15,431 bases of DNA from Verrucomicrobiales bacterium (GTDB taxonomy: Bacteria; Verrucomicrobiota; Verrucomicrobiia; Verrucomicrobiales; DEV007): NCBI GenBank assembly GCA_028280355.1, contig JANQMB010000108.1, forward strand, positions 1 through 15,431. The letters run 5' to 3'. Of this stretch, positions 1 to 7,812 are shown piece after piece. Position 1 is the first letter of the stretch. Each line of letters starts with the position of its first letter. The notes under the pieces are model-generated. The model did no database searches, was not told the DNA's origin, and worked only from the letters and a program-made list of their open reading frames with translations. The position numbers and the translations under genes are program-made.

Positions 1-926
1 TCGCGCACCGCCGCGACGAAATCGGCGACGATCGCCTCGTGCCCCTCGGTGTCTGAGACCGCCGCGCTATCAGCGCCGCTGTGTACCTCGAACCCCCCGC
101 TCCGCGACGGGTTCTCCACCCCCTCGACATCCCAGAGGGTGATCTCGTCGTTCTCCATCACCAGCGTCCCCCGCTCCGCGTGGATCTCCAGCACCGGGGG
201 GAAGCCCCCCGGACCGCAGACCGTCGAGGCGGTGAGGCTGCCGATCATCCCGCCGGGGTAGCGCATCGCCGCCACCCCGTGATCCTCGACCTCGATGTCC
301 CAGCGGACCGTCCCCAACATGCTCACCACCTCGTCCGGCATCCCGAAGAACCAGGTGAAGATGTCGACATTGTGTGCCGCCTGCTGGATGAAGGGGCCGC
401 CGCCGTCGATCTCGTACCCACCGCGGTAGTCACCGGAGCCGTAGTAGGCCATGTCGCGGTAGAACTTCACCCGCATGTCCGCCGCATAGACCTGCCCCAG
501 ATCCCCGCCCTCGAGCAGCCGCTTGACCGCGATGTTGTCCGGGCTCATCCGGCGCTGGAAGGCAACGGCCAGGGTCACCCCGGCGTCCGTACAGGCCCGC
601 TCCATCGCGTCCATGTTCGCCCGGGTCACGTCGAGCACCTTCTCGGTCAGGACATGTTTGCCACGGGCCGCCGCCTCGACCGCACCCCGGTGGTGGAGGC
701 CGTTGGGGGTGCAGAGGATCACCGAGTCGAACCCGGCACCCTCCGCCGCCGCACCGATCGACGGGAACACGGGGAGGCCGGCGGCGTTGTCCGGGCCCCG
801 GCCCGACCGCGACACGACCCCGACCACCGCGGCACCCGCCACCTTCCCCACCGCCTCGATGTACGTGCGGCCGATGTTGCCCGAACCGACGACGACGAAA
901 CGGAAATCTTGATCGCGATCGCTCAT
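1..926 (-). CDS. Gfo/Idh/MocA family NAD(P)-dependent oxidoreductase (partial; C-terminal end lies beyond the window start)
   Basis: Reverse-complement translation from ATG (complement of 924-926) reads MSDRDQDFRFVVVGSGNIGRTYIEAV...ILCTPNGLHHRGAVEAAARGKHVLTEKV... This has the N-terminal Rossmann GxGxxG motif and the conserved H...EK motif of Gfo/Idh/MocA enzymes. No stop occurs before the window edge. The plus-strand ORF 81..1382 in the track is its antisense shadow fused to the next gene. Confidence 0.8.
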   Translation of the reverse strand, partial: MSDRDQDFRFVVVGSGNIGRTYIEAVGKVAGAAVVGVVSRSGRGPDNAAGLPVFPSIGAAAEGAGFDSVILCTPNGLHHRGAVEAAARGKHVLTEKVLDVTRANMDAMERACTDAGVTLAVAFQRRMSPDNIAVKRLLEGGDLGQVYAADMRVKFYRDMAYYGSGDYRGGYEIDGGGPFIQQAAHNVDIFTWFFGMPDEVVSMLGTVRWDIEVEDHGVAAMRYPGGMIGSLTASTVCGPGGFPPVLEIHAERGTLVMENDEITLWDVEGVENPSRSGGFEVHSGADSAAVSDTEGHEAIVADFVAAVR

Positions 927-998
927 CGCCCGAACCCTAGGCGCCACATGCAAAAAAGTCCTGCGCTTCTCCGCAGCGATGCCAGAATACCGCCAGCC

Positions 999-1382
999 AT
1001 GCCCATCAAGTTCCTACACACCCGCATCCGCGTCAGCGACATCGACGCCTCGATCGCCTTCTATGAGAAGCTCGGCTTCAAGCTCGCCAGGCGCAACGAC
1101 AAGTCCCCCGCCGGCAACCGCCTGGCCTTCCTCGAACTCGACGCCAGCGAACACTTCCTCGAACTCTGCTACTCCCCAGACTTCAAAGTCGAGTTCCCCG
1201 AGGACCTGATGCACACCTGCGTCGGCGTCGAGGACATCGTCGAATACTGCGGGGGGCTCGAGGGCGAGGGCATCGAGATCTGGCCCGGCGGCTGGCGGGA
1301 CAAGTTCGCCGGCGACGACATGAAGATGGCCTTCGTCACCGACCCCGATGGTTACGAGGTCGAGATCCTCGAACGACAATGA
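999..1382 (+). CDS. VOC family protein, glyoxalase I (lactoylglutathione lyase)-like, 127 aa
   Basis: Starts at ATG 999, in frame with the 81..1382 track ORF. MPIKFLHTRIRVSDIDASIAFYEKLGFKL...LAFLELD...MAFVTDPDGYEVEILE closely parallels the GloA pattern (HT.LRV.D...S..FY...LG..L, ..AFV.DPDGY.IELIE). GC3 is high in this frame. Confidence 0.85.
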   Translation: MPIKFLHTRIRVSDIDASIAFYEKLGFKLARRNDKSPAGNRLAFLELDASEHFLELCYSPDFKVEFPEDLMHTCVGVEDIVEYCGGLEGEGIEIWPGGWRDKFAGDDMKMAFVTDPDGYEVEILERQ

Positions 1383-1457
1383 ACGGCGCCCAGGGGGGGA
1401 TCTCCGCGCCAAAACTTTAGGGTTCCCCTCGTCCGCGCCCCCCCTAGGTTCCCGGAC

Positions 1458-1670
1458 ATGGAGAAGACCAAAATCCTCTGCCCCTTCTGCGGGGTGGATG
1501 CGTTCGTCGATCCCGAGAGTCGCGGGCGGTCGGTCTTCTGCCCGCAGTGTGGGGGAGAGATGACCATCGACGGGACCCCGCTCGCGCCGCCCAGCGGCTC
1601 CGCCGTCCCGAGGCCGAACATCCCCCCGGCCCCGCCAGGGCCCGGGAATCCCCAGCAGCCATCCGGCTGA
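1458..1670 (+). CDS. small zinc-ribbon protein (CPFCG...16 aa...CPQCG) with a Pro-rich C-terminal tail, 70 aa, hypothetical
   Basis: ATG start. Two CxxC pairs 16 residues apart form a rubredoxin-like zinc-ribbon pattern. GC3 in this frame is very high, so it looks coding. No Shine-Dalgarno is visible, as for several other genes here. It ends at TGA 1668-1670, just before a coding-like segment in another frame. Confidence 0.5.
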   Translation: MEKTKILCPFCGVDAFVDPESRGRSVFCPQCGGEMTIDGTPLAPPSGSAVPRPNIPPAPPGPGNPQQPSG

Positions 1671-1678
1671 GCCTTGGA

Positions 1679-1810
1679 CAGGTTCTGTCCGCGGTCCTCT
1701 TTGCCACGACCCATGCTGTGACCGGCAGCGCGATCCCCGTGCCCTCGGCCGCCGCCTTCCTCGGCCTCGGCGGCATCGCCCTGCTGCGCCGCCGCCTCTG
1801 CGTACGGCAC
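1679..1810 (+). pseudogene. coding-like segment in a different frame encoding a PEP-CTERM-like sorting signal (…SAIPVPSAAAFLGLGGIALLRRRL…); no start codon of its own; possible frameshifted continuation of the zinc-ribbon ORF or a gene remnant
   Basis: In frame 2 (codon starts 1679, 1682, ...), third positions are almost all G/C from ~1679 to ~1810. The peptide has Pro-rich VPS, then a hydrophobic Gly-rich helix, then an RRR cluster, the classic PEP-CTERM architecture. After ~1811 third positions turn AT-rich, so this frame stops looking like coding. The nominal ORF in the track, 1547..1897, begins inside the zinc-ribbon ORF in another frame. Confidence 0.35.
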
Positions 1811-1958
1811 CAGTATTCTTTCGGGTCGAATTTTTGGGTTTGTCCCCTAATTCCCTTATCTTCTGGGGTCTGCCTGCCCCCTATGATTGCTGCATGAATT
1901 TGTTCTAAGGTCCCCTGCTCCCCCCGCGTCCCCTATCCCACAGACCACCAACAAAGAC
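1811..1958 (+). promoter_or_regulatory. AT-rich (for this genome) non-coding region upstream of the secreted-protein gene; probable promoter/5'UTR
   Basis: Local drop in GC, for example tattctttcgggtcgaatttttgggtttgtcccctaattcccttatcttc. No frame here has coding-like GC3. It lies directly upstream of ATG 1959. Confidence 0.3.
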
Positions 1959-2414
1959 ATGAAGAGACCAATCGCAATCCTCGCCGTCCTCTCCGCTCTC
2001 GCCATCTCCAACAAGGCGGACGCCGCCGCCGCTGGCGGGGCGATTATCTATGCCGATGGCAAAGAGGTCGCCGGCTACGTCGACAGCTTCCCCGACGGTC
2101 CGATAGACCCTTCGTGGGCCGCCCCGCTGCTCGGGCGCCTAGAGGGGGTCGCTTTGAAACTCGCGGATAGCCACGTTGTCGTGGTGGATCCGAAAGACGA
2201 CACGAAGGCGACCCTGAAGGGCAAGATCAAGGTGTCCGCGAGCTTCAGGGGCAGGGAGATCGCCACAGCCAAGACCGACAAGCTCGGCCTCGTCAAACGC
2301 GATGGGGAGTGGTACGTCTCGGGCAAGGAAATCGACCGCATCATGGTGGCGGCCGGCGCGAAGGCCCCTGAAAAGGTTGTCGAGCAGGCCCCAGAGAAGA
2401 AAGCGGGCAAGTGA
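1959..2414 (+). CDS. secreted/periplasmic hypothetical protein, 151 aa, Lys-rich C-terminal half, Sec signal peptide
   Basis: Internal ATG at 1959 of track ORF 1887..2414 gives MKRPIAILAVLSALAISNKADA|AAAGG. This is a positively charged n-region, a hydrophobic core and an AxA cleavage site. The upstream TTG extension crosses the AT-rich region and is unlikely to be coding. Codon usage is somewhat AT3-richer than in neighbouring genes. Confidence 0.7.
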   Translation: MKRPIAILAVLSALAISNKADAAAAGGAIIYADGKEVAGYVDSFPDGPIDPSWAAPLLGRLEGVALKLADSHVVVVDPKDDTKATLKGKIKVSASFRGREIATAKTDKLGLVKRDGEWYVSGKEIDRIMVAAGAKAPEKVVEQAPEKKAGK

Positions 2415-2471
2415 GCCCCTAGCTACCCGTGCGCTATCGCGACCCCGGGGGAGACCTGGCGATCGCGACCG

Positions 2472-5400
2472 CTAGTCCCCCTGCTGCACATCGGACTCGA
2501 TATCCACAGGAAGCTTCGGCGCCGCCGATTTCTTCTTCGCCGTCTTCTTCTGGGGGCGTGACGGCGCCTCCTCCACGGGCTGCACCTTGATCTCCACATC
2601 CACCGGCACGGCGCGCAGGCCAGCGATGATCCCCTGTAGCTGCTCGACGGTCTGCTCGGCCAAGGTCTGCGGCTGGCTGTAGCTCTGGCCGGCGGTGACG
2701 ATGGTCTCCCTGATGTCGTCGAGCCCCTTGCTGAAGGCGCCCATGGCACCGACGACGCGGGAGACCGGGTCGTCCTCACCGCCGCCGCCGAGCAGCTGGT
2801 TGCGGCTAAAAGTCTTGACGATCTCCTCCCAGCGCGTCGCCTCTTCGCCCTCGAGCAGCCCCTCCATCTCCTTGAATTTGAGCAAGTTGGCCTCCGCGCC
2901 GGAGGTCAGGGTCTGCGACTCGTTCTCGTAGTGGTCGATGATCGCCGCCTCGACCTCCCCGTCGGTCATCAGCGGCAGGATCTTCTCCGCCATGCGGTTC
3001 ATGTTGCGGTAGCTGCCCTGCAGCTTGAAGGCGGGTTCGGTGCGGTAGGCGTCCTCGGTGGCGGCGCTGCGGATGTACTCCTGGTTGACGCGCAGCACCG
3101 AGTCGCGCACGCGCATCAGCTTCCTCGTCACCGAGACCAGCTCCTCGATCTCGTCGGCCGTGTAGTTGCCCTCGAAGTCGACGCCCTCGGCGCCCCCGGT
3201 CTCGGCGATGTGCATCACCGCGTAGACGTCCTTCTGCGAGCGGCTGGCCAGCTTGCCCATCACCGGGTTGGAGGTGAGGGCGTTCTCGATGTAGCTGTTC
3301 TCGAAGGCGCGCGCGTGGGCGCCGATGATGTCGCCCAGGTTGTAGGTGTCGGCCCGGTTGGCGAGCATGTCCGGGATCTGGAACTTGCCGCCGCTCTCGG
3401 TGTAGGGGTTGCCGGCCATCACCACGGCGACCTTCTTGCCGCGCAGGTCGTAGGTCTTGGCGCGGCCGTTGTAGACGCCCTCGATCTTGCGCTGCGCGTC
3501 GCACAGGGAGATGAACTTCTGCAGGAACTCGGAATGGCAGTGCTGGATGTCGTCCAGGTAGATCATCACGTTGTCCCCCATCTCCAGGGCGAGGTTCAAC
3601 TTGAGGATCTCCTCGCGCGCGCCGGCGTTGGGCGCGTCCTCCGGGTCGAGCGAGGTCACGTCGTGCCCCAGCGCCGGCCCGTTGATCTTCATGAAGGTCA
3701 CGCCGAGCCGGTTGGCGATGTACTCCATCAGCGTGGTCTTGCCGTACCCGGGCGGCGACACCAGCAACAGCATCCCCATGCGGTCGGTGCGGGTCTCATC
3801 GCCCGCGGTGCCCATCTGCTTGGCCAGGTTGTCGCCCACCAGCGGCAGGTAGACCTCGTCGAGCAGCCTGTTGCGCACGAAGCTGCTCATGACCCGCGGC
3901 TTGAACTCGTCGAGCCGCATCCGCTCGCGCCGCCCGGTCACCAGCGCGGTCTTGAGGGTCACGAATGACTCGTATCGGGGCACGGCCTCGCGGCAGAAGT
4001 GGCGCAGCCGGGCGGTGAACTCCAGGTAGTCGAAACGGTAGCCCTCCGGGGAGACCCGCGGGTGCGCCCCGGACAGCCCATCGATGTCGCGCGCCAGCTC
4101 CACCTCGACCACGTGCTGTGCCTTGAAGCCGCGCAGCAGCTGCACGGCGGCCTCGGGGAGGTAGGTCTGGTCGGCGGCCGCGCCACCCTCCGCGCAGAGC
4201 AGGCCGGCCAGCCAGTCGGTGAGCGCCTGGTAGCGGGCGACGGTGTCCCCGTCGAGCTCGGCGAGCGCCTGCTCGAGCTTCTTGCTCAGGCGGCGGGCGG
4301 TGAGCGTCTTCTTGAAATGCCCCACCAGCTCCCCCGCCGCGGCCGAGATCGAGGTCTGCTCCGGGTCGAGCAGCTCGTGGAACAGGTAGAGCGCCGCCTC
4401 GTCCACGTCGCAGCCCGCGAGGCGCGGCAGCGAGACGGCATAGCGGTCGAGGAAAGAGGCGAGCAGCTCGCGCAGCTCGGCGATGTAGGTCTCGCGCGCC
4501 TCCAGCCCGGGGAAGCTGAGCGCGGCCATGCCGAACGAGCGCAACTTGGCGGCCAGCTTCTCCTTCTCCGCGGCATCGCCCCAGGCCTGCCAGAACAGGA
4601 GCCCCAGCGCGCGCTCGGCCGGCGGGTGCTTGAGCAGACCCGCGCCCCGGTGGATCGGCAACAGCGCCTCGAGGATCTTCGCCGCATCGCGGTCGTGGAC
4701 GCCCTTGGTGTACCCCTCGGCATAGCGCGGCGCCATGAACTCGCGCCCGGCCTCGGCGAGCTCCCCCCCCCCGGGGGTATCGGCCGCCGAGCCGCCCGGC
4801 GCGCCCTCGACCTCCTCCAGAAACTTCCAGGCCAGGTACTCGGCGCGGTAGACCTCCCCGTTCTCGCTGACGACGGTCTGCTCCCAGACCGGGCGCGTGT
4901 CGAGGAAGCCCTCGTCGTCGATGTGCTCGAAAAACTCGGTGCCGTTGAGGTGGAAGAACATTTCGCCGTCGCGGGGGACGGCGGTCAACTCGAGGTCCTG
5001 GGTGTTGACGTTGAAGCGGTGCTTGCCGAGCTGGATGATGTCCTTGCCGTCGACGAACAGCTCCTGCCGGTCCTTGAGCTGGCGCACGGCGTCCTCGCGC
5101 ACGGTCTTCAGGCGGGTCGAGACGTCGTCCGCCTTCACCGAGTCGCCGAGCTTGGTCAGCCGCGCGATGATGTCGCGCACCTTCTCGATCATCAGGTCGC
5201 CGGCGAAGTAACCGTTGATCTCGTTGACCGTGCCGAAACCCTCCAGGCGGCGCCTGATGCCACCGAGGATCCGCTCCGCCGACTTCAGGAGCGCGCCCGC
5301 GCGCCGCCCGCGCTCCTCGAGCAAGGCCTGCTTGCGCGTCTCGAAGGCCTCGTAGATCCCCTCGCGCTTCTCGGCCAGCTCGGTGATGTACTCGTCGAAC

Positions 5401-7622
5401 TCGCCGAACTTCCCCTCCAGCTCCTCGAGGGTGACCATGGTCTTGGTCAGGAACTCCTCGCACTTCTCCGGCGTCTCGCAGAGGTCGAGGTAGTTGATGA
5501 CCGCCTGGTCGAGCAGCTTCACCTGCGCGCCGAACTGCGCCTCACCCTCGACGCGCGCCAGCTCCCTGCGGCGGTTCTTGAGCGCCACTTTGACGGCGTT
5601 GAGCTCGGCGTAGATGGTCGAGATGTCGTCGATGATCGCCGTGGTCTGCGTGGCGTCCTCGATCTTGAGGTTGCCGACGATCTCGATCAGCATCTCCAGC
5701 TCGCCGCCCGCCGCGGCGATCGCCTCGCCGACCCCGTCGGCCTCGGTCACCTTGTCCAGCTTGCCGATCTTCGCCTGCTGTGTGGCGACGGCTTTGCGGT
5801 AGGGGTCGAGCGCCTCGGGCTTCAACAGGAAATTCACACAGGCGGCGGAGACCTTGTCGGTCGAAGCCACCACGTCGGCCTCCAGGGTGTCGACGGTTCC
5901 GGGGTCGACGTAGCGCAGCTCGCGCAGGCCGATCACCTCGCCGCGCACGGAGCGCAGCTCGGCGAGGCGGTGGACGAAACCGAGGATGTCGTCCGGCCGG
6001 GTGTGCTCGGCGGCCGAGAGGATCTTGCGCACCGCGTCGCCGACCCGCCCGGTCTCGTCGCGGGCGGCCTTGCGCAGGCGCTGGACTTTGTCGAACTCGT
6101 CGATCGCCGCCGCCGCCGCGCCGCGGATGACCTCTAGCGGTTCCCGCAGCCCGCCAGCCTCGCTCTGGCCGATCCAGAAGTAGCTGTCGCAGATGTCACC
6201 GGTCTTTTTCGCCAGGTCGACGTAGAGGTCGCCGTAGCTGTCGTCCTTGCCGAGCAGGGTGAGCACCTCGTGGCACTCGGCCATGCAGCGCACGACGTCG
6301 GCGTTGCCGATCTTGTAGAGATAGGAGCCCGCCGCCTCGCAGGGGGGGGCGTGGTCGCCGGCGGTGTACGGCGTCTGCCAGACCTGTAGCGCGTGGTGCT
6401 TGCCGGGCTCCTCCTCGGCGCGGAAGTAGATCATCTCGCCGGACCCGAACAGGCTGTAGCCGCTGCACAGGATCGGCGTGTCGACCTGCTGGCTGATGAG
6501 GTTGTAGGGCATCAGCACGTATTCGCCGCCGCGCCGGTTATAGAAGACGAAGAGGAAGTCCTCGCCGTTGGAGGAGGCGATGCGACGCTCGAAGACCATC
6601 TGGTCGAGCCCGTTGGCGAAGATCTTCGTCTCGCCGGTCTGCAGGTGGTATCCGTCGGCGAAGATGATGCCGTGGTCGTCGGGCAACAGCACGCAGGAGT
6701 GGCGGATGGAGTCGATGCGCTCGACGCGGCCGGTCTTCTCGTTGAACACCAGGATGCGGAACTGCTCCTCCTGGTAGGGCTTGATCTGCAACAGGATCAG
6801 GCTGCCGACGATCGCGTAGAAGACCTCGGCGTCGTCCAGGGTCTGGTCGGCGTTGTCGACCGGCTCCGAGTAGACGCCCTGGCCGGTCTCGGTGTTGTCC
6901 TCGACCTTGACGGTGAGGTCGCCACCGATGGTCTCGACGAAGAGGCGGTCGTCGACCGAGATATGCGGGTGGGCCCCGGGCCGGTGCATCTCGCGGTGGG
7001 CGCGCACCCAGTCGAACTCCTGCTGTGGGGGGAAGACGTACTCGTGGTCGGAGCGGTTGCCGACGTACTCTAGTTTGCCCTCGCCGATCCGGAACTTGAA
7101 GGTCTTCAGATCGTCGACGTCGCGCCCGATGCGGAAGGCCATGAAGAGGTGCGGGCCGCGCACCATGAACTTCACGAACAGGGTCTCCTTGTAGTACTTG
7201 TAGAGATACTTGAAGTCGTCGGCGAAACCGTCGCCCTCGATCAGATCCGAGAGCCCGAGGGCGTGGAAGATGTGCGTCTCGCTATCGTGGCGGTAGACGG
7301 CGAAGACGTCTGAGAGCTCGGTGGTGGACTTGAGCCCGAGCTGGACGTTGTAGCCGAACAGGAACACGCCGCCACCGATCGCCACCATGTCGCGCGGGGT
7401 GCAGTTGTTCTTGGTGGTGACCCGCTCGGTCGCCACCAGCTCCGGCTCGATGGCGCCAAACACCGCCTGGCGCTCGCCGTTGAGTTTGCCGAGGCGCCCG
7501 CGCAGGTCGGCCGCGCCCCTCTCGAGGCGCGCCCGGATCACCTCGTAGGCGCCGCCCTCGAGCTGGGCGGAGGCGGCAGGGGCTGCTAGGGCCGCGGCTG
7601 TTTCGGGGTCAGGCATCGTCAC
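2472..7622 (-). CDS. giant multidomain protein (1716 aa): beta-rich aromatic N-terminal domain (~aa 50-480), long alpha-helical/coiled-coil middle, AAA+ ATPase module of MoxR/AAA_5 type (~aa 1280-1440), Lys-rich C-terminal tail
   Basis: The ORF is uninterrupted with normal amino-acid composition. All overlapping ORFs in other frames are Arg/Gly/Ala/Pro-rich shadows. Walker A LLLVSPPGYGKTTLMEY is encoded around 3732-3755 on the minus strand. Walker B NVMIYLDDIQ is encoded around 3543-3567. A sensor-like region KKVAVVMAGNP lies downstream. GTG 7622 sits 8 nt from a GGGAGGG Shine-Dalgarno. The alternative ATG 7616 overlaps the stop of the upstream small ORF as ATGcctGA. Confidence 0.9.
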   Translation of the reverse strand: MTMPDPETAAALAAPAASAQLEGGAYEVIRARLERGAADLRGRLGKLNGERQAVFGAIEPELVATERVTTKNNCTPRDMVAIGGGVFLFGYNVQLGLKSTTELSDVFAVYRHDSETHIFHALGLSDLIEGDGFADDFKYLYKYYKETLFVKFMVRGPHLFMAFRIGRDVDDLKTFKFRIGEGKLEYVGNRSDHEYVFPPQQEFDWVRAHREMHRPGAHPHISVDDRLFVETIGGDLTVKVEDNTETGQGVYSEPVDNADQTLDDAEVFYAIVGSLILLQIKPYQEEQFRILVFNEKTGRVERIDSIRHSCVLLPDDHGIIFADGYHLQTGETKIFANGLDQMVFERRIASSNGEDFLFVFYNRRGGEYVLMPYNLISQQVDTPILCSGYSLFGSGEMIYFRAEEEPGKHHALQVWQTPYTAGDHAPPCEAAGSYLYKIGNADVVRCMAECHEVLTLLGKDDSYGDLYVDLAKKTGDICDSYFWIGQSEAGGLREPLEVIRGAAAAAIDEFDKVQRLRKAARDETGRVGDAVRKILSAAEHTRPDDILGFVHRLAELRSVRGEVIGLRELRYVDPGTVDTLEADVVASTDKVSAACVNFLLKPEALDPYRKAVATQQAKIGKLDKVTEADGVGEAIAAAGGELEMLIEIVGNLKIEDATQTTAIIDDISTIYAELNAVKVALKNRRRELARVEGEAQFGAQVKLLDQAVINYLDLCETPEKCEEFLTKTMVTLEELEGKFGEFDEYITELAEKREGIYEAFETRKQALLEERGRRAGALLKSAERILGGIRRRLEGFGTVNEINGYFAGDLMIEKVRDIIARLTKLGDSVKADDVSTRLKTVREDAVRQLKDRQELFVDGKDIIQLGKHRFNVNTQDLELTAVPRDGEMFFHLNGTEFFEHIDDEGFLDTRPVWEQTVVSENGEVYRAEYLAWKFLEEVEGAPGGSAADTPGGGELAEAGREFMAPRYAEGYTKGVHDRDAAKILEALLPIHRGAGLLKHPPAERALGLLFWQAWGDAAEKEKLAAKLRSFGMAALSFPGLEARETYIAELRELLASFLDRYAVSLPRLAGCDVDEAALYLFHELLDPEQTSISAAAGELVGHFKKTLTARRLSKKLEQALAELDGDTVARYQALTDWLAGLLCAEGGAAADQTYLPEAAVQLLRGFKAQHVVEVELARDIDGLSGAHPRVSPEGYRFDYLEFTARLRHFCREAVPRYESFVTLKTALVTGRRERMRLDEFKPRVMSSFVRNRLLDEVYLPLVGDNLAKQMGTAGDETRTDRMGMLLLVSPPGYGKTTLMEYIANRLGVTFMKINGPALGHDVTSLDPEDAPNAGAREEILKLNLALEMGDNVMIYLDDIQHCHSEFLQKFISLCDAQRKIEGVYNGRAKTYDLRGKKVAVVMAGNPYTESGGKFQIPDMLANRADTYNLGDIIGAHARAFENSYIENALTSNPVMGKLASRSQKDVYAVMHIAETGGAEGVDFEGNYTADEIEELVSVTRKLMRVRDSVLRVNQEYIRSAATEDAYRTEPAFKLQGSYRNMNRMAEKILPLMTDGEVEAAIIDHYENESQTLTSGAEANLLKFKEMEGLLEGEEATRWEEIVKTFSRNQLLGGGGEDDPVSRVVGAMGAFSKGLDDIRETIVTAGQSYSQPQTLAEQTVEQLQGIIAGLRAVPVDVEIKVQPVEEAPSRPQKKTAKKKSAAPKLPVDIESDVQQGD

Positions 7623-7812
7623 CTTGTCGCCCTCCCGTGAAACGGTAGCCGGCGGCGTCCTCCGCGACCCGTCCGGTCGGCCTCGCCATCCCTAACTCGA
7701 AGGCGAGTTCGCAAAGCTCCGCCATCAAGTCGATGCGGGTGGCGATCGCCTCTGGCGTCATCGCCGTCGAGATCGCCCGCCCCAGCGGATCCGGCTTTTC
7801 AGTCTCGTCCAT
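7609..7812 (-). CDS. small hypothetical protein (~67 aa, MDETEKPDPLGRAISTAMTPEAIATRIDLMAELCELAFELGMARP...)
   Basis: High GC3 (~80%) in frame. The ATG at complement 7810-7812 is preceded by GGAGAAG about 10 nt upstream. It overlaps the 3' end of the nucleotidyltransferase gene by 14 nt. Its stop overlaps the start of the giant gene. The longer 85-aa version from 7866 would overlap the NTase gene by 68 nt and has no Shine-Dalgarno. Confidence 0.45.
   Translation of the reverse strand: MDETEKPDPLGRAISTAMTPEAIATRIDLMAELCELAFELGMARPTGRVAEDAAGYRFTGGRQGDDA

Noticed and set aside
1352-1810. Minus-strand ORFs 1352..1810 and 1444..1776, and plus ORF 1348..1563
   Set aside because: They overlap the zinc-ribbon and PEP-CTERM coding segments. 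They translate to Gly/Arg/Ala-rich low-complexity sequence, so they are shadow frames.
2415-2471. Possible bidirectional Rho-independent terminator between the convergent secreted-protein and giant genes
   Set aside because: I found only a 6-bp TCGCGA/TCGCGA stem with a 17-nt loop and a CCCCGGGGG mini-palindrome. No convincing stem-loop plus U-tract, so termination here is unsupported.
2806-6137. Large ORFs overlapping the giant gene on both strands (3999..6137 +, 3796..5463 -, 2931..3968 +, 2806..3504 -, 4286..4723 -, 5780..6130 +)
   Set aside because: Their translations are Arg/Gly/Ala/Pro/Leu-rich low-complexity, as expected for alternative frames of a 70% GC gene. Only the 2472..7622 minus frame has recognisable motifs (Walker A/B) and balanced composition.
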